From a virus (Duplodnaviria; Caudoviricetes), in the IMG/VR virus record IMGVR_UViG_3300029827_000002, positions 1-58,698 of that record: DNA of 58,698 nt. One strand, written 5' to 3'. Below, piece by piece: positions 9,519 through 19,880 of the stretch (position 1 is the first letter of the stretch; every line of letters starts with the position of its first letter). The notes under the pieces are model-generated. The model was given only the letters and a program-made list of their open reading frames with translations. It was not told where the DNA came from and ran no database searches. The position numbers and the translations under genes are program-made.

Positions 9519-10256
9519 ATGGCACATAAAATTTATTTAAGTGCTTCAACACAAGAAAATAACAAAGGTGTTGGAAATTATGGAACAGAAGAGCAAAGAA
9601 TGTTTATTCTTCGTGATTTAACCGAACAGTTAATTAAAAATGGAAATGAAGGTAACAAGTTCGACATCAAAAAGAATAGTAATAAAAGTTCTTCACTAAC
9701 TGCAATAGTAAATGCTTCTAACAATTTCAAAGCAGACACTCATTGGGCGTTTCATACCAATGCAGGTGGCGGCAGAGGTTGTGAGGTTTATTATTCATAT
9801 CTTAATACAACTAATAAAGGTAAAAAAGCGGCTACACTATGGTATAATGAAATTTCCCCAATTACTCCGACATCTGATCGAGGTGTAAAAAAGGACAATA
9901 CAGTATATTCAACGGGTTTTTATGAATTAAGAGCTACAACAGCCATTACAGTATTATGTGAGTTTATATTTCATGATAATATAAGTGATGTAAATTATTT
10001 TCTTGCAAATATATCTAAATTTGCATTAGGAACAGCCAAAGCAATTTATAAGTATTATGGTTATACATATAAATCGAAAAATGATGTTAAAGATGATATA
10101 AAAAAATATGATGGTATTTTAAAAATTGCATATGATAATGGCTGGTTTACTGGAAAAGATTATAAAGAATCAACTAATGTTGATTTTGGTAAACTTTGTT
10201 GGATACTTAAACAGTATGAAGAAAATTACTTAAATAAATTATATGAGAAAAAATAA
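9519..10256 (+). CDS. N-acetylmuramoyl-L-alanine amidase (Amidase_3), endolysin
   Basis: IYLSASTQ, GTEE, AFHTNAGGGRGCEVY, YELRAT and LCEFIFHDN motifs. Confidence 0.9.
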   Translation: MAHKIYLSASTQENNKGVGNYGTEEQRMFILRDLTEQLIKNGNEGNKFDIKKNSNKSSSLTAIVNASNNFKADTHWAFHTNAGGGRGCEVYYSYLNTTNKGKKAATLWYNEISPITPTSDRGVKKDNTVYSTGFYELRATTAITVLCEFIFHDNISDVNYFLANISKFALGTAKAIYKYYGYTYKSKNDVKDDIKKYDGILKIAYDNGWFTGKDYKESTNVDFGKLCWILKQYEENYLNKLYEKK

Positions 10257-10266
10257 AATAAATATT

Positions 10267-10297
10267 AAAACGAGGAATAATTATTCCTCGTTTTTTT
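10267..10297. terminator. Bidirectional intrinsic terminator
   Basis: AAAACGAGGAATAATTATTCCTCGTTTTTT between convergent genes. Confidence 0.85.
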
Positions 10298-10300
10298 ATA

Positions 10301-10492
10301 TCATACTTTTTTTTCTTTGAAATCAGTTAATAAAAACCCACCAGATGCAATTAATGATAATATTATACTCACAATATTATCTATATTATCATTATTAATT
10401 TTTATCACATTACTTTCATTTAAGATAAGCAATATTAAGGTAACTAAGGAAGCTATAAATTTTTTATTTTTCAAAATATTTTTTATTTTCAT
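10301..10492 (-). CDS. Holin (two TM)
   Basis: LKNKKFIASLVTLILLIL...IVSIILSLIASGGFL; small two-TM protein ending the late operon. Confidence 0.75.
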   Translation of the reverse strand: MKIKNILKNKKFIASLVTLILLILNESNVIKINNDNIDNIVSIILSLIASGGFLLTDFKEKKV

Positions 10493-10496
10493 ATAA

Positions 10497-10787
10497 TCAT
10501 CCTTTCAATATAACTTCAATCAATTTTTTAAGCTTATCAATCAAACCAATCAAACTACCGCCTATTGCTCCAAACATTATACCTAAAGCAGTAAACTTTC
10601 TAATACTAATATTTTCTTTAGATTTTATATTACAATCTTCTTTAGTAACAAAATTTGATATTTGAATCTCAATTTTATCTGTCTTTTCAGAAATATGTTT
10701 TATTAATTGAGTATTATTATTTTCAATTTTCTTATCCACTTTTTCAAGAATATCAATAACTTTAATTAATAATTCGTCTTGTCTCAT
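10497..10787 (-). CDS. Holin-associated coiled-coil + TM protein (XhlA-like architecture)
   Basis: N-terminal coiled coil, C-terminal TM, position next to the holin. Confidence 0.6.
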   Translation of the reverse strand: MRQDELLIKVIDILEKVDKKIENNNTQLIKHISEKTDKIEIQISNFVTKEDCNIKSKENISIRKFTALGIMFGAIGGSLIGLIDKLKKLIEVILKG

Positions 10788-10842
10788 TTTGTTTACCCTC
10801 TATTTTGTTTTTATAAAATATTTATGTCTATATAATTAATTT

Positions 10843-12624
10843 TTACTTTATCATTTTTATAGGAGTAATTTCCATATATGTTCCTAAATAACCGACTGTA
10901 ATTACAGAACCAGCAGCAAATTGACCTATTTGTAATTGTATTTTTCCGCCTGTTTCTCCACTTATTATACTAAAATTTTCTTGAATATTTGCAGTTCTAC
11001 TTCCTGCCGCTGCTAAACCATAACTTGCAATAACAGATGGATAATATTGGGTCAATTTTACTTCTGTCTCATGTGCATTCGTTGAATTTATAGCAGGGCC
11101 AATTACATTTCTTAATGTTATATATTCACAATTAGTCAATGTCCACGCTGTTTTTATGTCTGTAGTATCATTTGAACATTTAGCCATTAAATATAATGAA
11201 ACTTTATAAGCTTGGTTTGGCTTTAAATACATATATAAATCATTATCATTCGCTAAACTTGTTGAATTAAATAATTGATCCTCCTTTTTTCTAATTAGCA
11301 TTGATATATTATCACTTGCTAAATGGATTTGATTAAGGCTATTAGATATCGCAAAATCTGTTAAAATGCCAAAACTTAAATCATTTGATACTCCTAAATA
11401 TATATCCCCAGGAGAACTAAAAGTTGATTCATATTCGCAAATACATAATATTTCACCTTTTTTATAACATATTGCCCTTAATGTATCATTTTGTTTTTCA
11501 AAAAATATAATAACTTCTTCTTGTTTATCTAATGAATTTATAAATGCATATGTTGTATCAACTGGAGCTCCACCATTTGCAACACTTAAATATAATGTAT
11601 CACCAGTCACATAAACTTGTGCATAATGTGTTGAATCTATATAGAATGTAATTGATGGTAATTCACCAGCTTCCTTGCATATAAATATAAATTTTGAAAG
11701 AAAACAATTTACATTTTCATATATTAACATTCCATTTTTATGATTACCTGGAGTAAGTGGCGTTTCAAAATTTGGAGGATTAATCTTTATAATTCCTAAC
11801 TTTTGTACTTCTTGACCAATATCATTAACAATCGTCCATACTGGATATGTTTGCGAAAATTTATTTTGCCAATCTGAAGATATTCCCAAATATTTTTGAA
11901 AAGCATTAAAATAAGTTGAAGTATCTGGATCATGCCTAACCATTTGCATATATTGGAAAATAGCATATTCATTTTGATAACCAGCATTATAATCAAATTG
12001 TATTTGCCAGAAGTCTATATTATTCCAATTTGGTGCTCCTGCCCAAACAAAAAAATCAGATTTTTTCGCCCAAGCTACATTCCAGCCAGTATCAAATGCC
12101 CATGCATCCACTTCAAAATCATATTCATAAGTACTTGCGATTGAAGTATCACCAATATTTAAATATAAATATCCTCCTGAATATGCATCAATGTTTGATA
12201 TATAGAACATTATAAAAATAAAATCATCCGTAGTTGATACACTTCCATCTAAAAATTCTGTTAAATTAACCGCATCAATATTATGTGCAAAATCAAAATA
12301 ATCCGCAGTTGCTATTGGAATTAAAGATTTTAAAGCTATTTCGCCTAAAACAGCATTACCACTATATATTGAATCATTTGATAATGTTCCAGTTGGATCA
12401 TTATTTATATAAACAGAATAATCAGCTTGAAAATTATCAATATCTTTTGTGTTTCTTTTTCTAAAATACTGCAAATATTCGTCAAGTTTAAAACTTGCAC
12501 TTCTAGCCAATTCCTTGTCAGCTAAATTTACAACTCCTTCTAGAGCATTTAAATTAGCTGCATTGATTGGAGGAGATGCTCCATCATTGAAAGTTATTTC
12601 TGAAAAATCATTAAAAGCAGTCAT
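10843..12624 (-). CDS. Receptor-binding/tail fibre protein
   Basis: N-terminal PPINAANLNALE motif typical of tail fibres; beta-rich body; last tail gene. Confidence 0.75.
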   Translation of the reverse strand: MTAFNDFSEITFNDGASPPINAANLNALEGVVNLADKELARSASFKLDEYLQYFRKRNTKDIDNFQADYSVYINNDPTGTLSNDSIYSGNAVLGEIALKSLIPIATADYFDFAHNIDAVNLTEFLDGSVSTTDDFIFIMFYISNIDAYSGGYLYLNIGDTSIASTYEYDFEVDAWAFDTGWNVAWAKKSDFFVWAGAPNWNNIDFWQIQFDYNAGYQNEYAIFQYMQMVRHDPDTSTYFNAFQKYLGISSDWQNKFSQTYPVWTIVNDIGQEVQKLGIIKINPPNFETPLTPGNHKNGMLIYENVNCFLSKFIFICKEAGELPSITFYIDSTHYAQVYVTGDTLYLSVANGGAPVDTTYAFINSLDKQEEVIIFFEKQNDTLRAICYKKGEILCICEYESTFSSPGDIYLGVSNDLSFGILTDFAISNSLNQIHLASDNISMLIRKKEDQLFNSTSLANDNDLYMYLKPNQAYKVSLYLMAKCSNDTTDIKTAWTLTNCEYITLRNVIGPAINSTNAHETEVKLTQYYPSVIASYGLAAAGSRTANIQENFSIISGETGGKIQLQIGQFAAGSVITVGYLGTYMEITPIKMIK

Positions 12625-12625
12625 T

Positions 12626-12982
12626 TTAATGCTCCTTCCTTTTATTTTTTATTTCTATTGCTTCTTCTTTTGTATTTGTTGTATGGTAACTTGGTGGCTT
12701 TTTAGTCTTTTCTATTGCATTTTTTTTAACTAATGGATTAACCATTTCCATCTTATATCTGATTATGGTTATTTTTTTAGGCTCTTTTTCTTTTGGATCT
12801 TCTTTTAATTGATCTTCTTTTTTTAATTTTGGATTATCTATTTCTAATAATTCACCACTAAAATTAAGTTTATCTTTTATCTGATCAATATAATTTTTGC
12901 AAAAATTTTTATAAAATTCTTCAACATATTTGGGATCATTTATTTTATTTTTATCTATCTGAGCATCCATTTGAAAAATCAT
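12626..12982 (-). CDS. Hypothetical protein in tail-tip cluster
   Basis: Position and tight gene spacing. Confidence 0.55.
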   Translation of the reverse strand: MIFQMDAQIDKNKINDPKYVEEFYKNFCKNYIDQIKDKLNFSGELLEIDNPKLKKEDQLKEDPKEKEPKKITIIRYKMEMVNPLVKKNAIEKTKKPPSYHTTNTKEEAIEIKNKRKEH

Positions 12983-12987
12983 TGTTT

Positions 12988-13506
12988 CTACCCCCTTGTA
13001 AATTCATCTTCACGAATAAAATTTATTTGTTCGGTCGCAGTTTTTGATTCTACAGGGTTTAAAACTATTCGACTAATCATTAACCCTGTATCTTTTCCAC
13101 TACCTTCTGTCCAATTTATGGATTGACTTCCACAGAAGAACCCAATTTCTTTAATTGTTACAATTCCGCTCAAGTCTGTAGGCTCAGTGTCAAGTAATAT
13201 TGCTGTAGATGTTACAATTCCAGTTCCTGTTTTTATTTTTGATATAATTGGAATTCTATAAACTTCGTTAACTAATGTTGTCATAGTATCTAAATTTGCG
13301 GTATTATCATCGCCAATTGCAACATGCTTTAACAATAAGTCAGTCTCTCCGTCACCATAAAGAGCTTTTATTACTTCATCTAAAGCACTATTCATCAATC
13401 GATTAAAGATAAGCCTATTTGTTATAATTTTTCCTGTTATCATATCTTTCTTTATTAATCTAAGTTTTCCGACCCATCCATGATTTTCTTTTATTTTTAT
13501 CATCAT
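12988..13506 (-). CDS. Tail/baseplate protein
   Basis: HVAIGDD...DTMTTLVNEVYR...IKEIGFF...MISR pattern typical of fibre-attachment domains. Confidence 0.7.
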   Translation of the reverse strand: MMIKIKENHGWVGKLRLIKKDMITGKIITNRLIFNRLMNSALDEVIKALYGDGETDLLLKHVAIGDDNTANLDTMTTLVNEVYRIPIISKIKTGTGIVTSTAILLDTEPTDLSGIVTIKEIGFFCGSQSINWTEGSGKDTGLMISRIVLNPVESKTATEQINFIREDEFTRG

Positions 13507-13522
13507 ATCATATCACCTCTCT

Positions 13523-15070
13523 TTAATCGTATTCAGTCCTAGTTGTATCAATAGTTCCAGGGAATAATAAATTTGATGGATAAAGTCCACCAGGATCATC
13601 TTCAGGGTATAAACAATCAAGCTTAGTAATAACAACAGTTCCAGCCCATTCTTGTTCCTCGTTTATGTTGTAAGACTTTTCAACAAGTGCATCTTCTCTT
13701 AAAGTAAATTCTTTAGTTTTCGCCATCCATTCTTTGAAAAAATTAACGAATCCACCAATTTGAGTACCATCTACAAATGTTGCACTTCGTAAAAGCGGCA
13801 AGTTATTTCCAACATCTTCAATTTTTAAGTTTCTTACTAAATATCCCCCACCTTCTGAAGTCAAAGAATTAATGCCGAAGTTTGGAAAAATCGTATCGCA
13901 AATTTGACCATTTTTCCAGTTATGATTATATGAAGCTAACATTATTTTATTTGCCACGCTTGAATATCTATCCAATAATGCTTGTGCTTTTTCTTCTCCA
14001 ATCAATATACCTTCAATACTTGCTCCACTTTCTACATCTTCGTACAATCCCGAACCACCTTCGATTGTCTTTCTTTCATTTATAGAATCTTCATCCTCTT
14101 TAACCACATCAATTGAATATTGTCCAAAATATTTCAGGACTAAAAATTGTCCAGTTGTAAGAGCTTCTTGATCTTGATCTTGTGTAATTGTATTTTCAGC
14201 TTTTGACCAATACCAATACATGTCAGAATCCAATCCATTAATTCCGACATATCTAGGATCGACTAAATCTTCATCTCGTGGATTATTTTTATATCTTTCT
14301 ATAGTAATATATATTTTAGGTTTATTATTTAATTTAAATCTTACATAGTAACTTCTATTATCATCTGGGTTTGGATTTGCTGTCTCTGTTAATTCATCTG
14401 TTACGGCTTTTACACTCTTAAGGATTTGTTTATTTCTTAATTCTGAAATATCCTGTCCGATTTTTAAACTTCTCCATAAATAATTTGTATTTTCTCTAAT
14501 TTCTGGCCCTATATTAATTGTTCTATCATCAAGGTAAAACTTTTTATTTGCATCAATATACCATTGCCATCCTATAAGATCGACAAGCTCATTGAATAAA
14601 GTGGAGCAATAAACATATGGACAATTAACCGATATTTCGTTTAATGTTTCATCAATAGAATCATCATCATACCAAATTCCATCCTCTGCTAAATAATTGT
14701 CAATTACATCTTTTATTAAATCTGAAATCTTTAATTTGGGATACGATTCATTAACAAGTCTTCTATCACAAATCTCGTTATAGTCTACACAAGTAATTGA
14801 TTGAAGTGTTGTTGGTTTTTGATTAATTTTTTCAATGTCTGGAGTATCAATTTTACCACCATAAATTAATGTTCCATTTTCCCATACTTTTACATCTTTT
14901 CCGCAAACAGATTGAAAATAAAATAAATTACCTGTTAAATTTTCATCAATTAGATTAAAACTAAGTACTCCACGAGTGCCAGTTTCATCATAACTAATAT
15001 TTAGACTTTTACTTTCAACTTTTACTCCTGAAGGCAAAAATTGATTATCAATCTTTAAAACAAATGACAT
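13523..15070 (-). CDS. Tail tip hub (Tal-like) protein
   Basis: Directly follows the tape measure; beta-rich; WQWYIDANKKFY, AQALLDRYS. Confidence 0.7.
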   Translation of the reverse strand: MSFVLKIDNQFLPSGVKVESKSLNISYDETGTRGVLSFNLIDENLTGNLFYFQSVCGKDVKVWENGTLIYGGKIDTPDIEKINQKPTTLQSITCVDYNEICDRRLVNESYPKLKISDLIKDVIDNYLAEDGIWYDDDSIDETLNEISVNCPYVYCSTLFNELVDLIGWQWYIDANKKFYLDDRTINIGPEIRENTNYLWRSLKIGQDISELRNKQILKSVKAVTDELTETANPNPDDNRSYYVRFKLNNKPKIYITIERYKNNPRDEDLVDPRYVGINGLDSDMYWYWSKAENTITQDQDQEALTTGQFLVLKYFGQYSIDVVKEDEDSINERKTIEGGSGLYEDVESGASIEGILIGEEKAQALLDRYSSVANKIMLASYNHNWKNGQICDTIFPNFGINSLTSEGGGYLVRNLKIEDVGNNLPLLRSATFVDGTQIGGFVNFFKEWMAKTKEFTLREDALVEKSYNINEEQEWAGTVVITKLDCLYPEDDPGGLYPSNLLFPGTIDTTRTEYD

Positions 15071-18000
15071 TAGAATTTACCTCCATATCTTCTTAAGACA
15101 TCTTTCATATGTCGCATGAAATCATTCATATCTTTGATTCCATTAAAATTAAAATCTCCATTAAAAGAAATACCTTGATTACTATTTGTATTCGAAGTTT
15201 GTGGAGCAATTGACTTGTTGTTTAGCATTAAATCTTTAAGGAAAAAATCTCCTACTTCTAAATTAGCTTTTGCAAGACTTTTTTTAATTGGCCCAGCAAA
15301 ATTTAATTTATCTAAATCTCTTAAAGGCCCTTCTTTTGCTGGTGAAAATGGCAATAAATCTCTTAATCTTTTAACCAAGCTTTTTAATGCTCCAATTGCC
15401 CCACTTGCTGCGGCATTAATACCGTTTTTAATTCCGTTAACGATCGCCATTCCTGAAGAATAAGCAGATGAAGCAATTCCTTTAATTTTACTTTTTATGC
15501 TGCTAACCATGCCAGAAATAGTGCTTATTGCTTTTGATTTTATGTTGCTCCATGCTGAACTAAAAGTACTTTTTATACTACTTAAAAGACTTGAAATTCC
15601 ACTTCTTAAGCTGCTTATTTTGCTTTTAACTGAACTAATTAATGAGTTTACAATATTTGAAACTGTAGATTTTATACTATTCCAAATTGAACTAAATACG
15701 TTTTTTACTGCATTAAAAACCGTTGATACATCTCTTTTAAATATATTAAAACGAGCTATTGCAAGCTGTATTAATGCACTTACAATTTTTGAAATATTAG
15801 ATTTCATGTTATTCCAAGCCGCTATGATGGCATTTATTAAAGCAATTACAATTGAGTTAGCCTTAGTTTGTAAATTTACGAAAAATTCAATAATTTTCGT
15901 AACAAATCCAAGAATAATTTCTAAAACTCTTGCTGGAAGAGTTAAAAACCATTCGATTATTGCATTAATCATATCTGGAACAATTGATCCACCAACTAGA
16001 GTTTCATATAATCCAGTGAAAAATCCAACTATTCCTTCAACAAATCCTGAAACTAAATCGATTATTGCAACAACAATATTTCCAAAGAAATCTAATATAC
16101 TATTCCACATATTTTGAAAGCTTTCATCAACTAATTTCCAATTGCCTGTAAATAGTCCGACAAATACACCTAAAGCACCGCCAATAAATGATATAACATT
16201 CATAATAGCAGCAATAACATTATCAATAGCTTTGACGATTCCGTTAAAAAGACCCACAATTATTCCAATTATTGCAGCTATAGCACCACCTATAATCATT
16301 CCAAGTCCTTTAAATAACGTAACAACTGGCCCTATTACAGCTTTTATATTTTCAAAAGCTTTTTTGATTGCATCAACATTGAATTCTTTAAATGAATTTG
16401 CGACTGTTTCTTTAACATTAGCAAAACCAGCAGCAATTACACTAACAAAACCGCCTACAGCTCCTACAATTCCATCTATAACCGTAGTTACTACATTTTT
16501 AATTGAATTAAAGGCATTCATAAATCCATCTTTAAATGAAATAATTTTATCCCTGATCTCAATCATTTTATCTCTAAATTCTACAAAGCTAATAACTGCT
16601 TGATGTATTTTTGCCATAGTCTCACTTGGAACTAAATTTTTCATGTTATTTATAAAATCTCCGAAATTGCCAGTTGCAATTCCTTTTATTAATCCCATAA
16701 GAGCTCCTTTTATACTATCTGCATTTTCTTGAATGAATTTTGCTGCTTCTCTTAATTTAGAAATAATTCCATTAAATTTTTCAAATATAGCTCCCCGAAC
16801 TTTTTCAGAACTCAACATTAATCCTACAAAAGCAGTGACAAGCCCACCAACAACACCGATTACAGCTAGAATCGGCACTGTGACTGTACTTATAATTGCA
16901 GTAAAAGCGGCTATTACAGTACTTACACCACCAATAATTCCACCTAGAACGCCAATAGCTGTGGCTATACCCACAATAATTGGTCCGATTAGTGCCGCCA
17001 TTGCTGCAAATCCAGCGACTAATTTCTGTTGAAATGGATTTAAAGAAGCAAAAGCATTTCCAACAAATTCAAAAGCTTTAACCAATGTTTCTAATACTGG
17101 AACAGCTATAGACTTTATAACATCAAAAAACTTTATTAAATTAGCTTGTAAAGCTGATAAAGCAGCATTCCATTTAAAATCTACCGTTTCGCTTGCAGCT
17201 TTAAAAGCTTTATCGAGTGATCCAGTAGAATTTTTAACAGCATCAAAAGTTTTCTTATTACCTTCAAGATTATTTCCCATTAAATCAAGTACTCCCATTA
17301 ATGCTCTAATATTTGGAAATACTCTTGCCATTGCTTCTTCTCCGTACTTATTCGTCATTTCTCGTAAATCCATAAGGGCTTGAAGCAAACCTTCTTCTTT
17401 AATTTTTTTCCTCATTTCTGAAGAACTAGTTCCCATTGCTCGAAGTTGTTCTTCAGCTTGTTTACTAGGTTTAATTAATCCAGCCATAATGCTCTTCAAC
17501 TGTGTAGCTGCTTCGGCTGCATTAGTACCTGTTTTTGTCATTGCTGCTTGTGTCGCAGCTACTTGATCAAATGTTACTCCTAACTCACTAGCAAGTGGCA
17601 ATACTGCCCCCATTGTTGCTGCTAGTTCTGCCGCCTCTGCTTTACCTTCACGAACCGCAGCTACTAAAATATCAGTTGCTTGTCCTGCACTTAAATTTTC
17701 TATTCCATAAGCATTAACCGCAGATGTTACAAGATCGGCAATGGTTTTAGTCTCTCCTAATCCTGCGGCACTTGCCTTAGCAGACTTTTTAAGAACATCT
17801 AAAGCGTCGGCTCCTCTTAATCCAGCACTTGTAACAAAAAACATTGCTTCGGCTAGTTCTTTCGGTGGCTTTGCTACTTCTGGCGACATACTTAATATGT
17901 CTCCCTTCCATGCATTAACTTGTTTCTGAGATACGCCGACAAGTCCAACGACTTTTGACATTTCCTTTTCAAAATCTTTGCCGAACTTTGCAGCGGCTAG

Positions 18001-18198
18001 AACACCAGCAGCCAAAGGAACAGTAATAAATTTTGTAAGACTTTTTCCAACTGTCATCATTGAACTTGATACACTTTTCAATGAATTGCTAATTTGACTA
18101 GCAAAAGCAGACCCCATTCCTCTAGCACTTGCCAAGCCGCTCTGGAATGGGGAAAGATCGGCATCTATCGGAGCGGTTACTCTTCCAACAATAAACAT
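15070..18198 (-). CDS. Tape measure protein (TP901 family)
   Basis: ~1040 aa Ala/Gly-rich helical repeats; start ATG 18198 after AGGAG. Confidence 0.95.
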   Translation of the reverse strand: MFIVGRVTAPIDADLSPFQSGLASARGMGSAFASQISNSLKSVSSSMMTVGKSLTKFITVPLAAGVLAAAKFGKDFEKEMSKVVGLVGVSQKQVNAWKGDILSMSPEVAKPPKELAEAMFFVTSAGLRGADALDVLKKSAKASAAGLGETKTIADLVTSAVNAYGIENLSAGQATDILVAAVREGKAEAAELAATMGAVLPLASELGVTFDQVAATQAAMTKTGTNAAEAATQLKSIMAGLIKPSKQAEEQLRAMGTSSSEMRKKIKEEGLLQALMDLREMTNKYGEEAMARVFPNIRALMGVLDLMGNNLEGNKKTFDAVKNSTGSLDKAFKAASETVDFKWNAALSALQANLIKFFDVIKSIAVPVLETLVKAFEFVGNAFASLNPFQQKLVAGFAAMAALIGPIIVGIATAIGVLGGIIGGVSTVIAAFTAIISTVTVPILAVIGVVGGLVTAFVGLMLSSEKVRGAIFEKFNGIISKLREAAKFIQENADSIKGALMGLIKGIATGNFGDFINNMKNLVPSETMAKIHQAVISFVEFRDKMIEIRDKIISFKDGFMNAFNSIKNVVTTVIDGIVGAVGGFVSVIAAGFANVKETVANSFKEFNVDAIKKAFENIKAVIGPVVTLFKGLGMIIGGAIAAIIGIIVGLFNGIVKAIDNVIAAIMNVISFIGGALGVFVGLFTGNWKLVDESFQNMWNSILDFFGNIVVAIIDLVSGFVEGIVGFFTGLYETLVGGSIVPDMINAIIEWFLTLPARVLEIILGFVTKIIEFFVNLQTKANSIVIALINAIIAAWNNMKSNISKIVSALIQLAIARFNIFKRDVSTVFNAVKNVFSSIWNSIKSTVSNIVNSLISSVKSKISSLRSGISSLLSSIKSTFSSAWSNIKSKAISTISGMVSSIKSKIKGIASSAYSSGMAIVNGIKNGINAAASGAIGALKSLVKRLRDLLPFSPAKEGPLRDLDKLNFAGPIKKSLAKANLEVGDFFLKDLMLNNKSIAPQTSNTNSNQGISFNGDFNFNGIKDMNDFMRHMKDVLRRYGGKF

Positions 18199-18236
18199 AT
18201 AAAAACTCCTTTTTTTTGCCAATAAAATCTATTCTA

Positions 18237-18468
18237 TTATTTTATAATTACTTCTTCAGCTTCAACAAAACTTCTATTGCTTTTATCATTATACCAATGA
18301 CTATATGCTGAATCCTCTGGAAGTCCTCTAACTAGTATTAAAAACTTCCTCCAAGTAATTAAATTGTTTTTATGTATATAATTTAAATCTAAATCATAAA
18401 ATCTTTTAAAATCAGCTTCTAAGCTTCCCCATGCCCAAATTATTATCTTTGGATTTGGATTTTTTTTT
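18237..18468 (-). CDS. gpT part of tail assembly chaperone, reached by -1 frameshift (Gp15-like)
   Basis: The -1 frame after the A9 run reads NPNPKIIIWAWGSLEADFKRFYDLDL...TWRKFLILVRGLPEDSAY and has no ATG of its own. Confidence 0.8.
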
Positions 18469-18904
18469 CTGATATATGACCAGATTTACTCGTATCCATA
18501 TGATATCCCCATTCATCTAATATTTTGGGAACTATATTTTCATAAACAAACATCAGAGAAATTCTATTATCCCTAGACTTTTCTAAATTTTCAATAAACT
18601 TTTTCCCAAACATTAATTCTATAAAAGGCATTATTTTATCATCATCCATAATGATAGTCCATTGTCCTTTTATTTTTTTATAACAATTTCTTAGAAAAAA
18701 GGTCGAAAAATTAAAAGGCATTTTTTTAGGTAAAAAATAAGTTCTACCTAAAAGTTTTATTTCTATTTTTTGTTTGTTTTCCTCTTTTAATGCTTGATCA
18801 AAATCCAAAACAAGATTATTACTTTGTCTTTCGGTAATTTCTTCTTGTTTTTTATTTAAAAATTCGATTCTATCGGCATTATTATTTAAATTATTTTCAG
18901 ACAT
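18443..18904 (-). CDS. Tail assembly chaperone gpG
   Basis: Lies between tail tube and tape measure; ends in slippery GAA AAA AAA ATC. Confidence 0.8.
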   Translation of the reverse strand: MSENNLNNNADRIEFLNKKQEEITERQSNNLVLDFDQALKEENKQKIEIKLLGRTYFLPKKMPFNFSTFFLRNCYKKIKGQWTIIMDDDKIMPFIELMFGKKFIENLEKSRDNRISLMFVYENIVPKILDEWGYHMDTSKSGHISEKKIQIQR

Positions 18905-18932
18905 TTTAAACTCCTTTTATCTTTTTATTGCT

Positions 18933-19457
18933 TTAACTACCTGGAGTTATTTCTACTTTAGAATTAATTCTAAAGCTACCTTTATAAGTATAAACGCCAG
19001 AAGTATCTGCTCCTTCTTCATATGAAGTAAAGAATCCACTTAAAGCCCAACCATATCCAGTATTTCTTGTACTTTTCAAAGTAATTATTTTACCTTGATC
19101 AACAGCATCTTTTAATTCACTTTGTCCATCATCTAATCCGCTTGTTGATGATTCAATAGTTATTCCTTCAATATCCGCAGTTTCCGAAACTGCAATTGAT
19201 GTAAATACTTGATGTAAAACATCTGTTCCTGGTACAATATCTTCTGATCCAGTAATATCTTGTTCAGAAACCGAAACTTTTCTATTAAAAGAAGTAATTT
19301 TGCTTACGACTTGACTATCTACCTCAACGACAGTTCCAGCAAATTTGACTTCCCCTTCGACATTGTCTGGACTTGCCATTAGAATAGGTAAAACAGGCGA
19401 TAATAAAATAGTTTTCAAAGTTTTCTTAAAAATATTAAAAGTTTTATTAGATAGCAT
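18933..19457 (-). CDS. Major tail tube protein
   Basis: DITGSED...SGFFTSYEEGAD...YTYKGSFRIN pattern and position. Confidence 0.85.
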   Translation of the reverse strand: MLSNKTFNIFKKTLKTILLSPVLPILMASPDNVEGEVKFAGTVVEVDSQVVSKITSFNRKVSVSEQDITGSEDIVPGTDVLHQVFTSIAVSETADIEGITIESSTSGLDDGQSELKDAVDQGKIITLKSTRNTGYGWALSGFFTSYEEGADTSGVYTYKGSFRINSKVEITPGS

Positions 19458-19472
19458 AAAAATTCTCCTTTC

Positions 19473-19880
19473 TTATAATCTATACTTATTGCCTGTACTT
19501 TGTACTCGGCAATTATAAGTTACTGCATATTCTGTTCTGTTTTTTTCATCTTTTCCTAAATTTTCAGGTGGCTGATCTATAAATACAGCACTAACGATTG
19601 AACCGCCAGTAATTAGAGGAGTACCACCAAAACCCATAAAGTATTTGTGAATATTATAAGCAAGTTCTTTGGCTGCCGCTTTGCTTGAATTTCTTGTAAT
19701 AACTTGAAGTCCAAATAGATCAACTGATAAGCTGCTTGACTCGTCAATTTGTGGAGCATTAACATCAAAAGCAGTTACACAATTATCAGGACTTAAAGGT
19801 TGAAAATTATCAAATAAATTAGTTCCGACAGTTCCAAATCCTTCTTCTTGTAACCATTCAATGAAATTATCGGCAATCAT
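19473..19880 (-). CDS. Tail terminator / A118-type minor structural protein
   Basis: LQVITR and LGKDEKNRTEY motifs; position. Confidence 0.8.
   Translation of the reverse strand: MIADNFIEWLQEEGFGTVGTNLFDNFQPLSPDNCVTAFDVNAPQIDESSSLSVDLFGLQVITRNSSKAAAKELAYNIHKYFMGFGGTPLITGGSIVSAVFIDQPPENLGKDEKNRTEYAVTYNCRVQSTGNKYRL

Noticed and set aside
9519-9560. Amidase inactive because the first Zn-binding His is missing
   Set aside because: The LS(A/P)S.Q variant is, as I recall, common in clostridial Amidase_3 enzymes, and the other catalytic motifs are intact.
15215-17929. Long plus-strand ORFs antisense to the tape measure
   Set aside because: Shadow frames of the repetitive Ala/Ile/Gly-rich gene, with no RBS or recognisable domain.
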